Origin: an uncultured Enterobacteriaceae bacterium
GTDB lineage: Bacteria; Pseudomonadota; Gammaproteobacteria; Burkholderiales; SG8-39
NCBI GenBank assembly: GCA_964393745.1
Contig: CAYMVA010000127.1
Coordinates: forward strand, 2,046-66,045
Direction of reading: 5' to 3'
Length of the DNA stretch: 64,000 nt
Under the pieces are notes generated by a model, which did not search any database, was not told the origin of the DNA, and saw nothing but the letters and a program-made list of their open reading frames with translations. Below, one piece after another: positions 26,720 to 37,330 of the stretch. Every line of letters begins with the position of its first letter. Positions within the stretch are counted from its first letter, which is position 1. Position numbers and translations under genes: made by a program.

Positions 26720-26796
26720 TGGCCTGCCCGGCGGGACTCGAACCCACAACCCCCAGCTTAGAAGGCTGGTGCTCTATCCGGTTGAGCTACGGGCAG
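26720..26796 (-). tRNA. tRNA-Arg (anticodon UCU)
   Basis: Minus strand reads CTGCCCG-TA-GCTC-AACCGGATA-GAGC-A-CCAGC-CTTCTAA-GCTGG-GGGTT-GTGGG-TTCGAGT-CCCGC-CGGGCAG-G-CCA. Folded by eye. Confidence 0.88.
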
Positions 26797-26810
26797 CTCC
26801 GTCGCCTGCC

Positions 26811-26887
26811 GGTGCAGACCTGGTCGGGGTGGAGAGATTTGAACTCCCGACATCCTGCTCCCAAAGCAGGCGCGCTACCAGGCTGCG
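26811..26887 (-). tRNA. tRNA-Pro (anticodon UGG)
   Basis: Minus strand reads CGGGGTGTGGCGCAGCCTGGTAGCGCGCCTGCTTTGGGAGCAGG...GTTCAAATC...CCCCGACCA. The C1-G72 pair typical of bacterial tRNA-Pro is present. Confidence 0.9.
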
Positions 26888-26899
26888 CCACACCCCGAA

Positions 26900-26928
26900 A
26901 AGGGCGCCGATGATACTCCCTGTGAGGT
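26900..26928 (-). promoter_or_regulatory. Putative sigma70 promoter of the tRNA Pro-Arg-His operon
   Basis: Minus strand has -35 TTGCCC (26928..26923), a 17-nt spacer and -10 TATCAT (26905..26900). A GC-rich discriminator CGGCGCC follows, about 12 nt before the tRNA-Pro 5' end. Pattern match only. Confidence 0.4.
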
Positions 26929-27040
26929 CCGCGGGCAACGCAAGCCCTGAAAAAACAGGCATTTCTGCGTTGTGCGTTGCTTGCGGCAGGGGGGCTTTTC
27001 TGCTAAAAAGCGCCTTTCATTTTTTCGGACCGGAAGGTAG

Positions 27041-27466
27041 ATGGCGCTCGAACTGACACGCAAAAGCTTCGCTCCCTACACCGTAAAGAAGGGCGAGGAG
27101 TACATGAACGCGAAGCAGCGCACCCATTTCCGCAAGATCCTGGAGAGCCTGAAGTCCGAGCTCTCGGAGGAGATCGACCGCACCGTGCACACCATGCAGG
27201 ACGAGGCCACCGTGTTCGCGGATCCGAACGACCGCGCCAGCCAGGAATCGGACATGGCGCTGGAGCTGCGCAACCGCGATCGCGAGCGCAAGCTGATCAA
27301 GAAGATCGACGAAACCATCGCGCGCATCGACGCCAACGAGTACGGCTATTGCGACAAGTGCGGCGTGGAGATCGGCCTTAAGCGGCTGGAGGCGCGCCCC
27401 ACCGCGACGCTGTGCATCGACTGCAAGACGCTGGACGAAATGCGCGAGCGGCAGGTCGCCAAGTAG
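27041..27466 (+). CDS. dksA: RNA polymerase-binding transcription factor DksA
   Basis: 141-aa ORF with a coiled-coil DxxDxA region (..DPNDRASQESD..) and a C4 zinc finger CDKCGVEI...CIDC. It is collinear with E. coli DksA from ..PY..KGEEYMN. Confidence 0.94.
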   Translation: MALELTRKSFAPYTVKKGEEYMNAKQRTHFRKILESLKSELSEEIDRTVHTMQDEATVFADPNDRASQESDMALELRNRDRERKLIKKIDETIARIDANEYGYCDKCGVEIGLKRLEARPTATLCIDCKTLDEMRERQVAK

Positions 27467-27486
27467 GCCCGTCCAGGCCGCAAAGC

Positions 27487-27517
27487 AAAAGGGGCGCTTG
27501 CGCGCCCCTTTGTTTTT
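27487..27517. terminator. Bidirectional intrinsic terminator between convergent dksA and pnp
   Basis: AAAA-GGGGCGC-TTGC-GCGCCCC-TTTGTTTTT: a perfect 7-bp GC stem flanked by an A-tract and a T-tract. Confidence 0.8.
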
Positions 27518-27531
27518 GCGCCGGCCGGCGC

Positions 27532-29649
27532 TCAGTTCTGCTTCGCCGCCTGCTCCGGCTGGCCGACGGCCTTCATCGACAGGCGCACACGCCCCTTGTC
27601 GTCGGCTTCCAGCACCTTCACTTTCACGCTCTGTCCTTCCTTCAGGTGGTCGGACACGGCGTTTACGCGCTCGTGGCTGATCTGCGAAATGTGCAGCAGC
27701 CCGTCGCGCCCGGGAAGCAGCTGCACGATAGCGCCGAAATCGAGCAGGCGCAGCACGGTGCCCTCGTAGACCCTGCCGACTTCGACGTCCGCGGTCAGCT
27801 CCTGGATGCGCTTCCTGGCCGCCTCACCGCCCTCCGCAGCGACGCAGGCGATCGAAACCGTGCCGTCGTCCTCGATCTCGATGGTGGTGCCGGTTTCTTC
27901 CTGCAGCCCGCGAATCACCACACCGCCCTTGCCGATGACGTCGCGGATCTTGTCGGGGTTGATCTTGATCTTGATGATGCGCGGCGCGAACGTGGAAAGC
28001 TCGCCGCGCGAGCCCTCGATCGCCTGGCGCATCTGCGCGAGGATGAGCAGCCGGGCCTCGCGTGCTTGCGCCAGCGCCACCCGCATGATCTCTTTGGTGA
28101 TGGACTCGATCTTGAGGTCCATCTGCAGCGCCGTGATGCCGGTGTCGGTGCCCGCGACCTTGAAGTCCATGTCGCCGAGATGGTCCTCGTCGCCCAGGAT
28201 GTCGGTGAGCACGGCGAAGCGGTTGCTCTCCTTGATCAGGCCCATCGCGATTCCCGCCACGTGCGCCTTGATCGGCACGCCGGCATCCATCAGCGCGAGG
28301 CTGCCGCCGCACACCGAGGCCATAGAGGATGAGCCGTTGGACTCGGTAATCTCCGACACCACCCGCAGCGAGTAGCCGAAATCCGCCGGCGCCGGCAACA
28401 TTCCAGCCAGGGCACGCTTCGCCAGTCGCCCGTGACCGATCTCGCGCCGCTTGGGCGCACCGACCCGCCCAGTCTCGCCGGTAGCGTAGGGCGGCATGTT
28501 GTAGTGGAGCATGAAGCGCTCCCGGTATTCGCCCGCGAGCGCGTCGATGATTTGCTCGTCGCGTCCGGTGCCGAGCGTCACTGTGACCAGCGCCTGCGTC
28601 TCGCCGCGCGTGAACAGCGCCGAGCCGTGGGTGCGCGGCAGCACGCCGACGCGGATCCCGATCGGCCGCACGGTACGCGTATCGCGGCCGTCGATGCGCG
28701 GCTCGCCGTCCAGGATTTGGCCGCGCACGATCTTCGATTCCAGGTTGAAAATAATGTCGCCCAGCTCACGGGCGTCGAGCGTCGTGCCGGACGCCTGCGC
28801 CTCGCTCTGCACCTTTTCCAGCGCCGCCTTGCGCGTCTCGGCCAGGCGCGTGTTGCGCGCCTGCTTCTGCTTCATGCGGAAGGCCTCGCGCAGGTCGCTT
28901 TCCGCAAGCTCCGCAATGCGCGCCACCACCGCCTCGTTCTTCGCCGGCGGCTGCCAGTCCCAGGCGGGTTTGCCGGCGACTTCGGCCAACTCGTGGATCG
29001 CCTGGATTGCGGCCTGCATCTGCTCATGGCCGTGCACGACTGCGCCGAGCATCACGTCCTCGGACAATTCGAGCGCCTCGGACTCGACCATCAGGACGCC
29101 CTGCTCCGTGCCCGCCACCACCAGGTTGAGCTGCGATTCCTTCAGCTCGGTGAGCGTCGGGTTCAATACGTACTGCCCGCCCACGTAACCCACCCGGCAG
29201 GCGCCGATCGGGCCGTTGAACGGCATGCCCGAAAGGGTCAGCGCCGCCGAGACTGCGATCAATGCAGGAATGTCCGAATCCACCTCGGGATTGAGCGACA
29301 TCACCGTCGCCACCACCTGCACCTCGTTGAAGAAGCCGTCCGGGAACAGCGGCCGTATCGGGCGGTCGATCAGCCGGCAAGTCAGGGTTTCCTTTTCGGT
29401 CGGCCGGCCCTCGCGCTTGAAGAAGCCGCCGGGGATCTTGCCCGCGGCATAGGTCTTCTCAATGTAATCGACGGTGAGGGGGAAAAAATCCTGGCCCGTG
29501 CGCGGCTGCTTGGCGGCGACCACGGTGGCGAGCACCACCGTGTCGTCCATCGTGCACACGACGGCGCCATGCGCCTGGCGGGCGATTTCGCCGGTCTCGA
29601 GGGTGACCTGGTGCTTGCCGTAGGTGAAAGTCTTCTTGATCGGGTTCAA
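27532..29649 (-). CDS. pnp: Polyribonucleotide nucleotidyltransferase (PNPase)
   Basis: Two RNase PH domains plus KH and S1 domains. The conserved N-terminus (M)[10 protein letters not shown] starts at TTG 29649, preceded by GAGGA 6 nt upstream. The tracked ORF's 12 extra codons are unlikely to be coding. Confidence 0.95.
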   Translation of the reverse strand: MNPIKKTFTYGKHQVTLETGEIARQAHGAVVCTMDDTVVLATVVAAKQPRTGQDFFPLTVDYIEKTYAAGKIPGGFFKREGRPTEKETLTCRLIDRPIRPLFPDGFFNEVQVVATVMSLNPEVDSDIPALIAVSAALTLSGMPFNGPIGACRVGYVGGQYVLNPTLTELKESQLNLVVAGTEQGVLMVESEALELSEDVMLGAVVHGHEQMQAAIQAIHELAEVAGKPAWDWQPPAKNEAVVARIAELAESDLREAFRMKQKQARNTRLAETRKAALEKVQSEAQASGTTLDARELGDIIFNLESKIVRGQILDGEPRIDGRDTRTVRPIGIRVGVLPRTHGSALFTRGETQALVTVTLGTGRDEQIIDALAGEYRERFMLHYNMPPYATGETGRVGAPKRREIGHGRLAKRALAGMLPAPADFGYSLRVVSEITESNGSSSMASVCGGSLALMDAGVPIKAHVAGIAMGLIKESNRFAVLTDILGDEDHLGDMDFKVAGTDTGITALQMDLKIESITKEIMRVALAQAREARLLILAQMRQAIEGSRGELSTFAPRIIKIKINPDKIRDVIGKGGVVIRGLQEETGTTIEIEDDGTVSIACVAAEGGEAARKRIQELTADVEVGRVYEGTVLRLLDFGAIVQLLPGRDGLLHISQISHERVNAVSDHLKEGQSVKVKVLEADDKGRVRLSMKAVGQPEQAAKQN

Positions 29650-29674
29650 AGGGGATCCTCTGGTGGGTGCGCAA

Positions 29675-29712
29675 GCAATAACGCCCATCGCTGCACGATG
29701 GGCGTCGTTTGC
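29675..29712 (-). promoter_or_regulatory. Long hairpin in the rpsO-pnp intercistronic leader (candidate rpsO attenuator / RNase III processing site)
   Basis: Minus-strand RNA GCAA-ACG-ACGCCCAUCG-UGCAG-CGAUGGGCGU-UA-UUGC forms a 10-bp stem extended by 4 bp across an internal loop. Confidence 0.55.
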
Positions 29713-29730
29713 TACGTCATTCGGGGAAAG

Positions 29731-30000
29731 TTACTTGCGCAGTCCGAGCCGCTCGAGCAGCGAGCGGTACTTGTCCGCGTCCGTGCGCCGCAGGTAATCG
29801 AGCAGCTTGCGGCGCTGGCTGACCATCTTGAGCAGCCCACGGCGCGAATGAAAATCCTTGACGTGGGCCTTGAAATGATCGGTCAGGCTGTTGATGCGCT
29901 CGGTGAGCAGAGCGATCTGCACTTCCGGCGATCCAGTGTCGTTGCCCGCCCGCTGGTACTGCTTGACGACTTGCGCTTTCTGCGCAACCTGCAATCCCAT
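29731..30000 (-). CDS. rpsO: 30S ribosomal protein S15
   Basis: The 89-aa protein begins at ATG 30000 ([36 protein letters not shown]..). The upstream 22 codons of the tracked ORF are not S15-like. Confidence 0.95.
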   Translation of the reverse strand: MGLQVAQKAQVVKQYQRAGNDTGSPEVQIALLTERINSLTDHFKAHVKDFHSRRGLLKMVSQRRKLLDYLRRTDADKYRSLLERLGLRK

Positions 30001-30084
30001 GGTGACTTCTCTCTTTTCTGTCTTCGCGTGAACCGGGGATTTTAGCCGAGAGCACCCAGAAGCCACAAGTTTTTTCTTGCCTTT

Positions 30085-30990
30085 TCAGCCGCTTGCAACG
30101 CTTACGGCGCCCTCGGCAAGCAACCGCAGCGGCCGCAACTCGCGTCCGGCACCGGGTTCGCCGACGCCGATCAGGCGGTCTGGCCCCGCATACACCCTGC
30201 AACGACCCTCCGGGGGCGCATCCAGCGCCACCGCCTGCCCCAAGGTAAAGCGTGCCGCCAGCGCCGTGCCAAGCTCGACGCGGGGCAGATCCGCAAGCAG
30301 GCTGTCCACAGGAAGCAGGCGCGCGTCGCGCTCGGCGTCGCCCATCGCCCGCAGCGCCTCCAGGCCGACCGCCTGGTCTATGCGGAAGCGGCCGACCGCC
30401 GTGCGGCGGAGCGCCGCAAGGTGGGCCCCGGTTTGCAGCTCGGTGCCGAGATCCGCCGCCAACTGGCGCACATAGGTGCCCTTCGAGCAACGGACACGAA
30501 GCCGCAAGGTATCGCCGCTGCGCTCCATCAACACGAGCGCGTGCACGGTGACCCGGCGGGCGGCGCGCTCGACCGATTGGCCGCGGCGCGCCAGCTCGTA
30601 AAGCGGGCGCCCCTGGTGCTTGAGCGCGGAGTACATCGGCGGCACTTGCTCGATCGCCCCCCGGAAGCGCTCGAGTGCCCGCCCGATGCGCGCGTCATCG
30701 AGGTCCACGGCATGCTGCGCTGTCACCGCCCCTTCGGCATCGCCGGTGTCGGTCGCTATGCCGAGCCTGACCTCGGCCAGGTACTCCTTGTCCGAGTCGA
30801 GCGCGAATTGCGCGAACTTGGTGGCCTCGCCGAACAGCAGCGGCAGCAGCCCCGAGGCGAGCGGGTCGAGGGTGCCGCCGTGCCCTGCCTTGCGGGCGTG
30901 CAGCAGCCGCTTTGCCTCCTGCAATACGCGGTTGGAGGAGAGGCCGGAGTCCTTGTCGAGCAACAGAACGCCGTCCAGCCGGCGCACCAT
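30085..30990 (-). CDS. truB: tRNA pseudouridine(55) synthase
   Basis: 301-aa ORF with GVLLLDKDSGLSSN and the catalytic-Asp motif GHGGTLDPLASG. Confidence 0.94.
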   Translation of the reverse strand: MVRRLDGVLLLDKDSGLSSNRVLQEAKRLLHARKAGHGGTLDPLASGLLPLLFGEATKFAQFALDSDKEYLAEVRLGIATDTGDAEGAVTAQHAVDLDDARIGRALERFRGAIEQVPPMYSALKHQGRPLYELARRGQSVERAARRVTVHALVLMERSGDTLRLRVRCSKGTYVRQLAADLGTELQTGAHLAALRRTAVGRFRIDQAVGLEALRAMGDAERDARLLPVDSLLADLPRVELGTALAARFTLGQAVALDAPPEGRCRVYAGPDRLIGVGEPGAGRELRPLRLLAEGAVSVASG

Positions 30991-31340
30991 CAGGGCTTTG
31001 GCTGCACGCTGTCGATGAGCTGCGACAGGCGCGCGCCGCGCTCGATCGACTCGTCGTAGGCAAAGCGCAGCTCCGGGGTCACGTAAAGCTTGATGCGCCG
31101 CGCGAGCTGCGAGCGCAGAAACCCGGCCGCACGGCGCAGGCCGTCGGCGGCTTCCGGCACGTGCGACACGTCGAGGCAGGTGAAATAGACGGTGGCGTGC
31201 GCGCAGTCGGGCGAGACCTCGACTGCGGTCAGCGTGATCATGCCGACGCGCGGGTCGCGCAGTTCGCGGCGCACGATCTCCGAGAGCTCGCGCTGGATCT
31301 GGTCGCCGACCTTCTGCGCGCGCCCTGTCTTGCGCGCCAT
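30990..31340 (-). CDS. rbfA: Ribosome-binding factor A
   Basis: 116-aa ORF (..RAQKVGDQIQRELSEIV..) in the infB-rbfA-truB order. Confidence 0.93.
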   Translation of the reverse strand: MARKTGRAQKVGDQIQRELSEIVRRELRDPRVGMITLTAVEVSPDCAHATVYFTCLDVSHVPEAADGLRRAAGFLRSQLARRIKLYVTPELRFAYDESIERGARLSQLIDSVQPKP

Positions 31341-31347
31341 CGCGGGC

Positions 31348-33897
31348 CTACAGCGTCCGCGCGACCTCGAGGATCTCGAACACCTCGAACTGGTCGCCTT
31401 CCTTGAGTTCCTGGAAGTTCTTGAGCGACATGCCGCACTCGAAGCCGGATTTCACTTCGCGCACATCGTCCTTGAACCGCTTGAGGGTGTCGATCTCGCC
31501 GCTGTGGATGACGACGTTGTCGCGCAGCACCCGCAACTGGGCGCCGCGCTTCACCAGGCCCTCCAGCACGTAGCAACCGGCGACCGTGCCCACCTTGGAG
31601 ATGCGGAACACCTGGCGCACCTCGACCAGGCCGAGCACCTGCTCCCTCTTCTCCGGCGCGAGCATGCCACCCAGAGCCGCCTTGATCTCTTCCACCGCGT
31701 CGTAGATGACGTCGTAGTAGCGGATGTCGACGCCGGAAGACTCGGCCAGCTTGCGCGCCGCGGCGTCGGCGCGGGTGTTGAAGCCGATGATCACGGCGCG
31801 GGAGGCGAGCGCGAGGTTGACGTCCGACTCGGTGATGCCGCCGACGCCGCCGTGCACCACGCCCACCTTGACCTCGTCCGTCGAGAGCCGTGTCAACGCG
31901 TGCACCAGCGCTTCCTGCGAACCCTGTACGTCCGCCTTGATGAGCAGCGACAGCGTCTTCTTGCCGCCTTCGGCCATCTGGTCGAACATGTTTTCCAGCT
32001 TGGCGGCCTGCCGCCGGGCGAGCTTGACGTCGCGGAACTTGCCCTGGCGGAACAGCGCGATCTCTCGCGCCTTGCGCTCGTCGGTGATGACGACCATCTC
32101 GGCGCCCGCATGGGGCACGTCGGACAGGCCTTGCAACTCAACCGGGATCGAGGGCCCCGCAGATTGCACCGGCTTGCCGTTCTCGTCCAGCATCGCGCGC
32201 ACCCGGCCATACACCGCGCCGATGAGAACCACGTCGCCGCGGTTCAGGGTGCCGGACTGCACCAGCAGCGTCGCCACCGGGCCGCGGCCCTTGTCCAGGC
32301 GCGCCTCGATCACCACCCCCTTGGCGGGCGCGGCCACCGGCGCCTTCAATTCCTTCACCTCGGCCTGCAGCAGCACCTGCTCCAGCAGCATGTCGATGCC
32401 CTCGCCGGTCTTTGCCGACACCGGGACGATCGGCGAGTCGCCGCCGAGATCCTCGGGCACCACGCCGTGGCCGAGCAGTTCCTGCCTCACTTTCTCCGGA
32501 TTGGCTTCGTGCTTGTCGATCTTGTTGATGGCGACCACCAGCGGCACCCCGGCTGCCTTGGCATGGTTGATCGCCTCGATGGTCTGCGGCATGACGCCAT
32601 CGTCCGCGGCGACCACGAGAACCACGATATCGGTCACTTTGGCGCCCCGCGCCCGCATCGCTGTGAATGCTTCGTGGCCGGGCGTATCGAGGAACGTGAT
32701 TACCCCGCGTGGCGTCTCGACATGGTAGGCGCCGATGTGCTGGGTGATGCCGCCGGCCTCGCCGGCTGCCACCTTGGTGCGCCGGATGAAGTCGAGCAGC
32801 GAAGTCTTGCCATGGTCCACATGGCCCATGACCGTCACCACGGGGGGACGCGGCTCCGGTTCGGCCGCGCCCATCGGCTCGGCTTCGATCACGTAGGCCT
32901 CCGGATCGTCGAACTTCGCCGCCTTGGCCTTGTGCCCCATTTCCTCGACCACGATCATCGCGGTCTCCTGGTCCAGGACCTGGTTGATGGTGACCATGTT
33001 GCCAAGCTTCATCAGCGCCTTGATCACCTCGGCCGCCTTGACCGCCATGCGGTGCGAGAGCTCGCCCACGGTGATGGTTTCCGGCACCGCGATCTCGCGC
33101 ACCACCGGCTCGGCGGGCGCACTGAAGGCCGGCTGCTCGCTGGTCTGGCTGCTGCGGCGGTGACCGGCCCCGCGCGGGCCATGCCATCCGCCCACGCCGC
33201 CGCCGGAGTCGCCCCGCGTCTTGATCTGCCGGCGGCGCGTCGCATCGCCGCGCAGCACCGTGACCTCTTTGACCTTCTTCGGCTTTTTCTCGCCCTTGAC
33301 CTCCCGGGCATGCAGCGTGCCGTCCTTGAGCGCCGCCGTAGTCGCACCGGGCGCCGCCACCGTCGCCGGCAGCACCTGTGGCGCGGCGCTGGCATCGCGT
33401 TGCGCTTCCTTCTGCTCGACTTCGCGGCGCTCGCGTTCCTGCTTCTCACGCAGCTCGCTCGCCTGGATCTCGGCCAGCTGCTGCTGGCGGCGCTGCTCCT
33501 GCTCGCGCAGCTCCAGCTCATGGGCGTCGATTGCATGCGGCGCCGGTGGCGGCAATTCCGCCGCGCTAGCGGCCGCCGCCAGCTCGGCGGGATCGCGCTT
33601 CACGAACACGCGCTTCTTGCGCACCTCCACCTGGATGGTGCGCGCCTTGCCCATCGCGTCGGACTTCTTGATCTCGCTCGAATGCTTGCGCGTGAGCGTG
33701 ATCTTGTTCTTGGCCTCGATCGAGCCGTGCGAACGCCGCAGGTAGGCGAGCAGCTTGGACTTGTCCTGCTCGGACAGCGCGTCCTCGGGAACGCGCTTCT
33801 CCACGCCCGCGGCGCGCAGCTGCTCGAGCAGCACCGAAGGCGGAACCTTGAGTTCGCTCGCGAACTGGGCGACGCTGGTCTGGGCCACGGTGCTCAC
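31348..33897 (-). CDS. infB: Translation initiation factor IF-2
   Basis: 849-aa ORF with a GTG start overlapping the nusA stop (GTGA), a charged low-complexity N-terminal region and the GTPase motifs [18 protein letters not shown]. Confidence 0.96.
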   Translation of the reverse strand: MSTVAQTSVAQFASELKVPPSVLLEQLRAAGVEKRVPEDALSEQDKSKLLAYLRRSHGSIEAKNKITLTRKHSSEIKKSDAMGKARTIQVEVRKKRVFVKRDPAELAAAASAAELPPPAPHAIDAHELELREQEQRRQQQLAEIQASELREKQERERREVEQKEAQRDASAAPQVLPATVAAPGATTAALKDGTLHAREVKGEKKPKKVKEVTVLRGDATRRRQIKTRGDSGGGVGGWHGPRGAGHRRSSQTSEQPAFSAPAEPVVREIAVPETITVGELSHRMAVKAAEVIKALMKLGNMVTINQVLDQETAMIVVEEMGHKAKAAKFDDPEAYVIEAEPMGAAEPEPRPPVVTVMGHVDHGKTSLLDFIRRTKVAAGEAGGITQHIGAYHVETPRGVITFLDTPGHEAFTAMRARGAKVTDIVVLVVAADDGVMPQTIEAINHAKAAGVPLVVAINKIDKHEANPEKVRQELLGHGVVPEDLGGDSPIVPVSAKTGEGIDMLLEQVLLQAEVKELKAPVAAPAKGVVIEARLDKGRGPVATLLVQSGTLNRGDVVLIGAVYGRVRAMLDENGKPVQSAGPSIPVELQGLSDVPHAGAEMVVITDERKAREIALFRQGKFRDVKLARRQAAKLENMFDQMAEGGKKTLSLLIKADVQGSQEALVHALTRLSTDEVKVGVVHGGVGGITESDVNLALASRAVIIGFNTRADAAARKLAESSGVDIRYYDVIYDAVEEIKAALGGMLAPEKREQVLGLVEVRQVFRISKVGTVAGCYVLEGLVKRGAQLRVLRDNVVIHSGEIDTLKRFKDDVREVKSGFECGMSLKNFQELKEGDQFEVFEILEVARTL

Positions 33898-35405
33898 GCC
33901 CCCTTCTGCGCCGGCTCGGGCTGCGCTTCGGCAGCGAACCAGTGCGCACGCGCCGCCATGATCAGGCCCTTGGCGCGCGCATCGTCCACGCCCGTCATCT
34001 CGGAGAGCTCGTCCACCGCCAGGTCGGCGAGCGCATCGCGCGTCTTGACGCCGCCCTGCGCCAGCTTGGCGGCGAGCTGCGTGTCCATGCCCTCGAGCTG
34101 CAGCAGCGACTGCTCCACGCCCTCAAGACTCTCTTCGCTCGCGATCGCCTGCACCAGCAGCGCGTTGCGCGCCCGGCTGCGCAGCTCGTTGACGGTGTTC
34201 TCGTCGAAGGCGTCGATCTCCAGCATCTCGTTGATTGGCACGTACGCCACTTCCTCGAGCGAGGAAAAGCCCTCCTGGATGAGGATGCCGGCGACCTCCT
34301 CGTCGACATCCAGCTTGTCTATGAAAAGCGCCTTGAGGCGGCCCGATTCCTCCTGCTGCTTCTTGGTGGACTCCTCCTCGGTCATCAGGTTGATGGTCCA
34401 CCCGGTGAGCTCCGAGGCGAGGCGCACGTTCTGGCCGCTGCGGCCAATGGCGATGGCGAGGTTCTCCTCGTCCACCACCACGTCCATGGCGTGTTTCTCC
34501 TCATCCACCAGGATCGAGCTCACTTCGGCCGGCGCCAGCGCGCCGATCACGAATTGCGCCGGATCGGCGGCCCAGAGCACGATGTCGACGCGCTCCCCGG
34601 CGAGTTCCTGGGTCACGGCCTGCACGCGCGAGCCGCGCATGCCGACGCAGGTGCCGATCGGCTCGATGCGCCGGTCATTGGTGTGCACCGCGATCTTGGC
34701 GCGGATCCCGGGATCGCGCGCCGCCGACTTGATCTCCAGCAGTTTTTCCTCGATCTCCGGCACCTCGAGCTCGAACAGCTTCATGATGAACTGCGGCGCG
34801 GTGCGCGACAGCACCAGTTGTGGGCCGCGCGCGCCGCGGTCGATCTTCATCACCCAGGCGCGCACCCGATCGCCGATGCGCAGGTTCTCCTTCGGGATCA
34901 TCTGCTCGCGCGGCAGCATCGCTTCCAGGCGCCCTGATTCGACGATCGCGCTGCCGCGCTCCATGCGCTTTACCGTGCCGGTCACCAGCTCGTCGCCGCG
35001 GCCGAGGAAGTCGTTCAGGATCTGCTCGCGCTCGGCATCGCGGATGCGCTGCAGGATCACCTGCTTGGCGGTCTGCGCGCCGATGCGGCCGAACGGGATC
35101 GCCTCGAGCGGTTCCTCGATGAAGTCCTCGAGCTTGATGTCGGCGCGCGCCTTCTGCGCCTCCGACAGCGTCACCATCTGGGCCGGCACCATCTCCAGCG
35201 TGTCGTCGGCCACCACTTTCCAGCGGCGGAACGACTCGTGGTTGCCGGTGTTGCGGTCGACCGCAACGCGCACGTCGACGTCCTCGCTGAAGCGCTTCTT
35301 GGTCGCCGAGGCGAGCGCCAGTTCGAGCGCGCCGAAAACCACGTCGCGATTGACGTTCTTCTCGCGCGCCAGCGCGTCTACCAGCAGTAGAATTTCTCGG
35401 CTCAT
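33894..35405 (-). CDS. nusA: Transcription termination/antitermination factor NusA
   Basis: 503-aa ORF starting [18 protein letters not shown].., with S1, two KH domains and C-terminal acidic repeat domains. Confidence 0.96.
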   Translation of the reverse strand: MSREILLLVDALAREKNVNRDVVFGALELALASATKKRFSEDVDVRVAVDRNTGNHESFRRWKVVADDTLEMVPAQMVTLSEAQKARADIKLEDFIEEPLEAIPFGRIGAQTAKQVILQRIRDAEREQILNDFLGRGDELVTGTVKRMERGSAIVESGRLEAMLPREQMIPKENLRIGDRVRAWVMKIDRGARGPQLVLSRTAPQFIMKLFELEVPEIEEKLLEIKSAARDPGIRAKIAVHTNDRRIEPIGTCVGMRGSRVQAVTQELAGERVDIVLWAADPAQFVIGALAPAEVSSILVDEEKHAMDVVVDEENLAIAIGRSGQNVRLASELTGWTINLMTEEESTKKQQEESGRLKALFIDKLDVDEEVAGILIQEGFSSLEEVAYVPINEMLEIDAFDENTVNELRSRARNALLVQAIASEESLEGVEQSLLQLEGMDTQLAAKLAQGGVKTRDALADLAVDELSEMTGVDDARAKGLIMAARAHWFAAEAQPEPAQKGA

Positions 35406-35423
35406 ACGTGCTCTCTCCAGTTG

Positions 35424-35858
35424 CTACAGGTCCGGCACCAGCCGGGCCCGATCTATTCCATCCAGCGGCAGCGCCACCAGCTGCCCTTCCACTTCCACGG
35501 TGGCGACCCCGTCCTCCACGCTGCGCAGCACGCCGACGAAGCGCCTGCGCCCGCCCGCGTCCGGCGCCCGCATGCGCACATCCGCCTTGCGGCCCGCGAA
35601 GCGGGCGAAATCCGCGGCCTTGCGCAGCGGTCGGTCCAGCCCCGGCGACGACACCTCGAGCCGGTCGTAGTCGATCCCTTCGACCGCGAAAACCCGCGAC
35701 AGGTGCCGGCTGACATCGGCGCAGTCATCCAGCGTGACCCCGCCCGGCCGGTCGACAAAGATGCGCAGCTGGCGTCCCCGGTTGGACACTTGCGCGTCCA
35801 CCAGTTCGTAGCCCATCCCCGCGAGGGTGGACTCCACAATGCCCGCTAACGCCAACAC
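35424..35858 (-). CDS. rimP: Ribosome maturation factor RimP
   Basis: RimP-like core ..IVESTLAGMGYELVD... The start is uncertain. GTG 35858 is preferred because the longer ORF (to 35939) would run through the rluB terminator hairpin at 35884..35912. Confidence 0.85.
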   Translation of the reverse strand: MLALAGIVESTLAGMGYELVDAQVSNRGRQLRIFVDRPGGVTLDDCADVSRHLSRVFAVEGIDYDRLEVSSPGLDRPLRKAADFARFAGRKADVRMRAPDAGGRRRFVGVLRSVEDGVATVEVEGQLVALPLDGIDRARLVPDL

Positions 35859-35883
35859 GCCCGCCGCCTTTCTGGACGAGCCA

Positions 35884-35912
35884 CAAACAAAAAATGGGCC
35901 GAAGCCCATCTT
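35884..35912 (-). terminator. Intrinsic terminator downstream of rluB
   Basis: Minus-strand RNA AAAGAUGGGC-UUCG-GCCCAUUUUUUGUUUG: a UUCG tetraloop hairpin plus a U-tract, 60 nt after the rluB stop. Confidence 0.75.
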
Positions 35913-35970
35913 TGCGTGGATGCAAAATGCCCGCCCCACCGTGAAACGTTTGAAGTTTAACAGCTTTAAG

Positions 35971-36753
35971 CTATGCGGACAACGATTCCGGGGGCGTGGC
36001 GACGCTCAGGCGGCGCACTTCTTCGGGCGCCAGCTCGACCCACTGGCCAGGCTTCAATGATGACGGCAAGTGCACCGCACCGTAACGGATCCGGATGAGG
36101 CGGTTCACTTTGCCGCCGACCGCCTCGAACAGTCGCCGCACCTCGCGCTTGCGGCCTTCGACGAGCACGACGCGATACCAGCGGTTGGCGCTCTCCGCGC
36201 GGCCGCGTTCCATCGGCTTGAGCCGCAGGAAGCGCGCCTCGCCGTCATCGAGCTGCACGCCCGCAAGCAACTGCCGCTCGGCATCCGGACTCAATGCGCC
36301 GAGCACGCGTACCGCGTACTCGCGCTCGATCTGGTGCCGCGGGTGCATGAGCCGGTTGGCGAGTTCGCCCGAATCGGTGAACAGCAGCAGGCCGCAGGAG
36401 TTCAGGTCGAGCCGCCCGACCGCGATCCAGCGCCCGTCGCGCAAGCGCGGCAGCTGCGCAAACGCCGTCGGCCGCCCTTCCGGGTCGCTACGGGTGACGA
36501 GCTCGCCTACGGGCTTGTGGTACGCGATGACCCGCGCCGGCTGCGCGCTGCGCCGCAGCAGCACCAGCTTGCCGTCGAGCGCGATCGGGTCGCCCGGCGA
36601 GGCGCGGTCGCCGAGCTTTGCCACCGCGCCCGCGACTGTGACCCGCCCAGCGGCGATCCAGGTCTCGATTTCCCGCCTCGAGCCCAGCCCCGCGCCAGCG
36701 AGCAGCTTCTGCAGCCGCTCCTTGCGCGCCTCACTCCGCGCCGGCAGCGGCAA
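35971..36753 (-). CDS. rluB: 23S rRNA pseudouridine synthase, RluB-like (RsuA/RluB family)
   Basis: 260-aa ORF with an S4 domain ([21 protein letters not shown]) and the catalytic motif [20 protein letters not shown]. scpB-rluB synteny. Confidence 0.85.
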   Translation of the reverse strand: MPLPARSEARKERLQKLLAGAGLGSRREIETWIAAGRVTVAGAVAKLGDRASPGDPIALDGKLVLLRRSAQPARVIAYHKPVGELVTRSDPEGRPTAFAQLPRLRDGRWIAVGRLDLNSCGLLLFTDSGELANRLMHPRHQIEREYAVRVLGALSPDAERQLLAGVQLDDGEARFLRLKPMERGRAESANRWYRVVLVEGRKREVRRLFEAVGGKVNRLIRIRYGAVHLPSSLKPGQWVELAPEEVRRLSVATPPESLSA

Positions 36754-37330
36754 CGGGTGCGGTCGGCTCGTTGGCGGCGGGCTGCGCCGGCGCAGGCGGA
36801 AGCTCCAGGGTCTTGGCGATCTCCTCGAGCGGCGGCAACTCCTCCAGCGAGCGCAACCCGAGGTCGTCGAGGAACGCCTTGGTGGTGGCGTAAAGCGCCG
36901 GCCGCCCGGGCGTGTCGCGATGGCCGACGACGTCGATCCAGCCGCGGCTCTCCAGGGTCTGGATGATTTGCGCCGAGACCGTCACGCCGCGGATGTCCTC
37001 GATGTCGCCGCGCGTCACCGGCTGCCGGTAGGCGATGATGGCGAGCGTCTCCATCACGGCGCGCGAGTAGCGCGGCAGCTTGTCCGGATTGAGCCGCTCT
37101 ACGAACGGCTGGAACTCGGGCCGGGTCTGAAAGCGCCAGCCGCTGGCGAGATTGACCAGCTCGACCGCGCGCCCGCTCCACTCTTCGCGCAATTCGTCGA
37201 GCAGGCGCCGGAGCGTATCGGGGCCGATCTGGTCGTCGAACAGGCGCTTCAGATCCTGCAGTGGCACCGGCTCCTGGGAGGTCAGCAGCGCCGCCTCGAT
37301 GATGCGTTTGGTTTCAGTGGGGCTCGGCAT
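36731..37330 (-). CDS. scpB: Segregation and condensation protein B
   Basis: 199-aa ORF with the winged-helix ScpB pattern (..[21 protein letters not shown]..), downstream of scpA. Confidence 0.9.
   Translation of the reverse strand: MPSPTETKRIIEAALLTSQEPVPLQDLKRLFDDQIGPDTLRRLLDELREEWSGRAVELVNLASGWRFQTRPEFQPFVERLNPDKLPRYSRAVMETLAIIAYRQPVTRGDIEDIRGVTVSAQIIQTLESRGWIDVVGHRDTPGRPALYATTKAFLDDLGLRSLEELPPLEEIAKTLELPPAPAQPAANEPTAPVAAAGAE

Noticed and set aside
26629-26887. The tRNA Pro-Arg-His cluster as a possible genomic-island integration site
   Set aside because: No integrase is present, no partial tRNA direct repeat was seen nearby, and the flanking genes (prmB, dksA, pnp) are core.
33024-33700. 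The charged, repetitive (E/Q/R/A-rich) stretch in the infB N-terminal region as a possible tandem repeat or mobile insertion
   Set aside because: A low-complexity N-terminal domain is a normal feature of bacterial IF-2, and no exact nucleotide tandem repeat was seen.
31192-35670. A 1492-codon open reading frame on the plus strand, antisense to rbfA-infB-nusA-rimP
   Set aside because: It lies exactly antisense to well-supported genes. In high-GC genes the antisense-phase stops correspond to rare sense codons (TTA, CTA, TCA), so very long shadow ORFs are expected. Its translation is low-complexity (Arg/Ala/Ser-rich) with no recognisable motifs.
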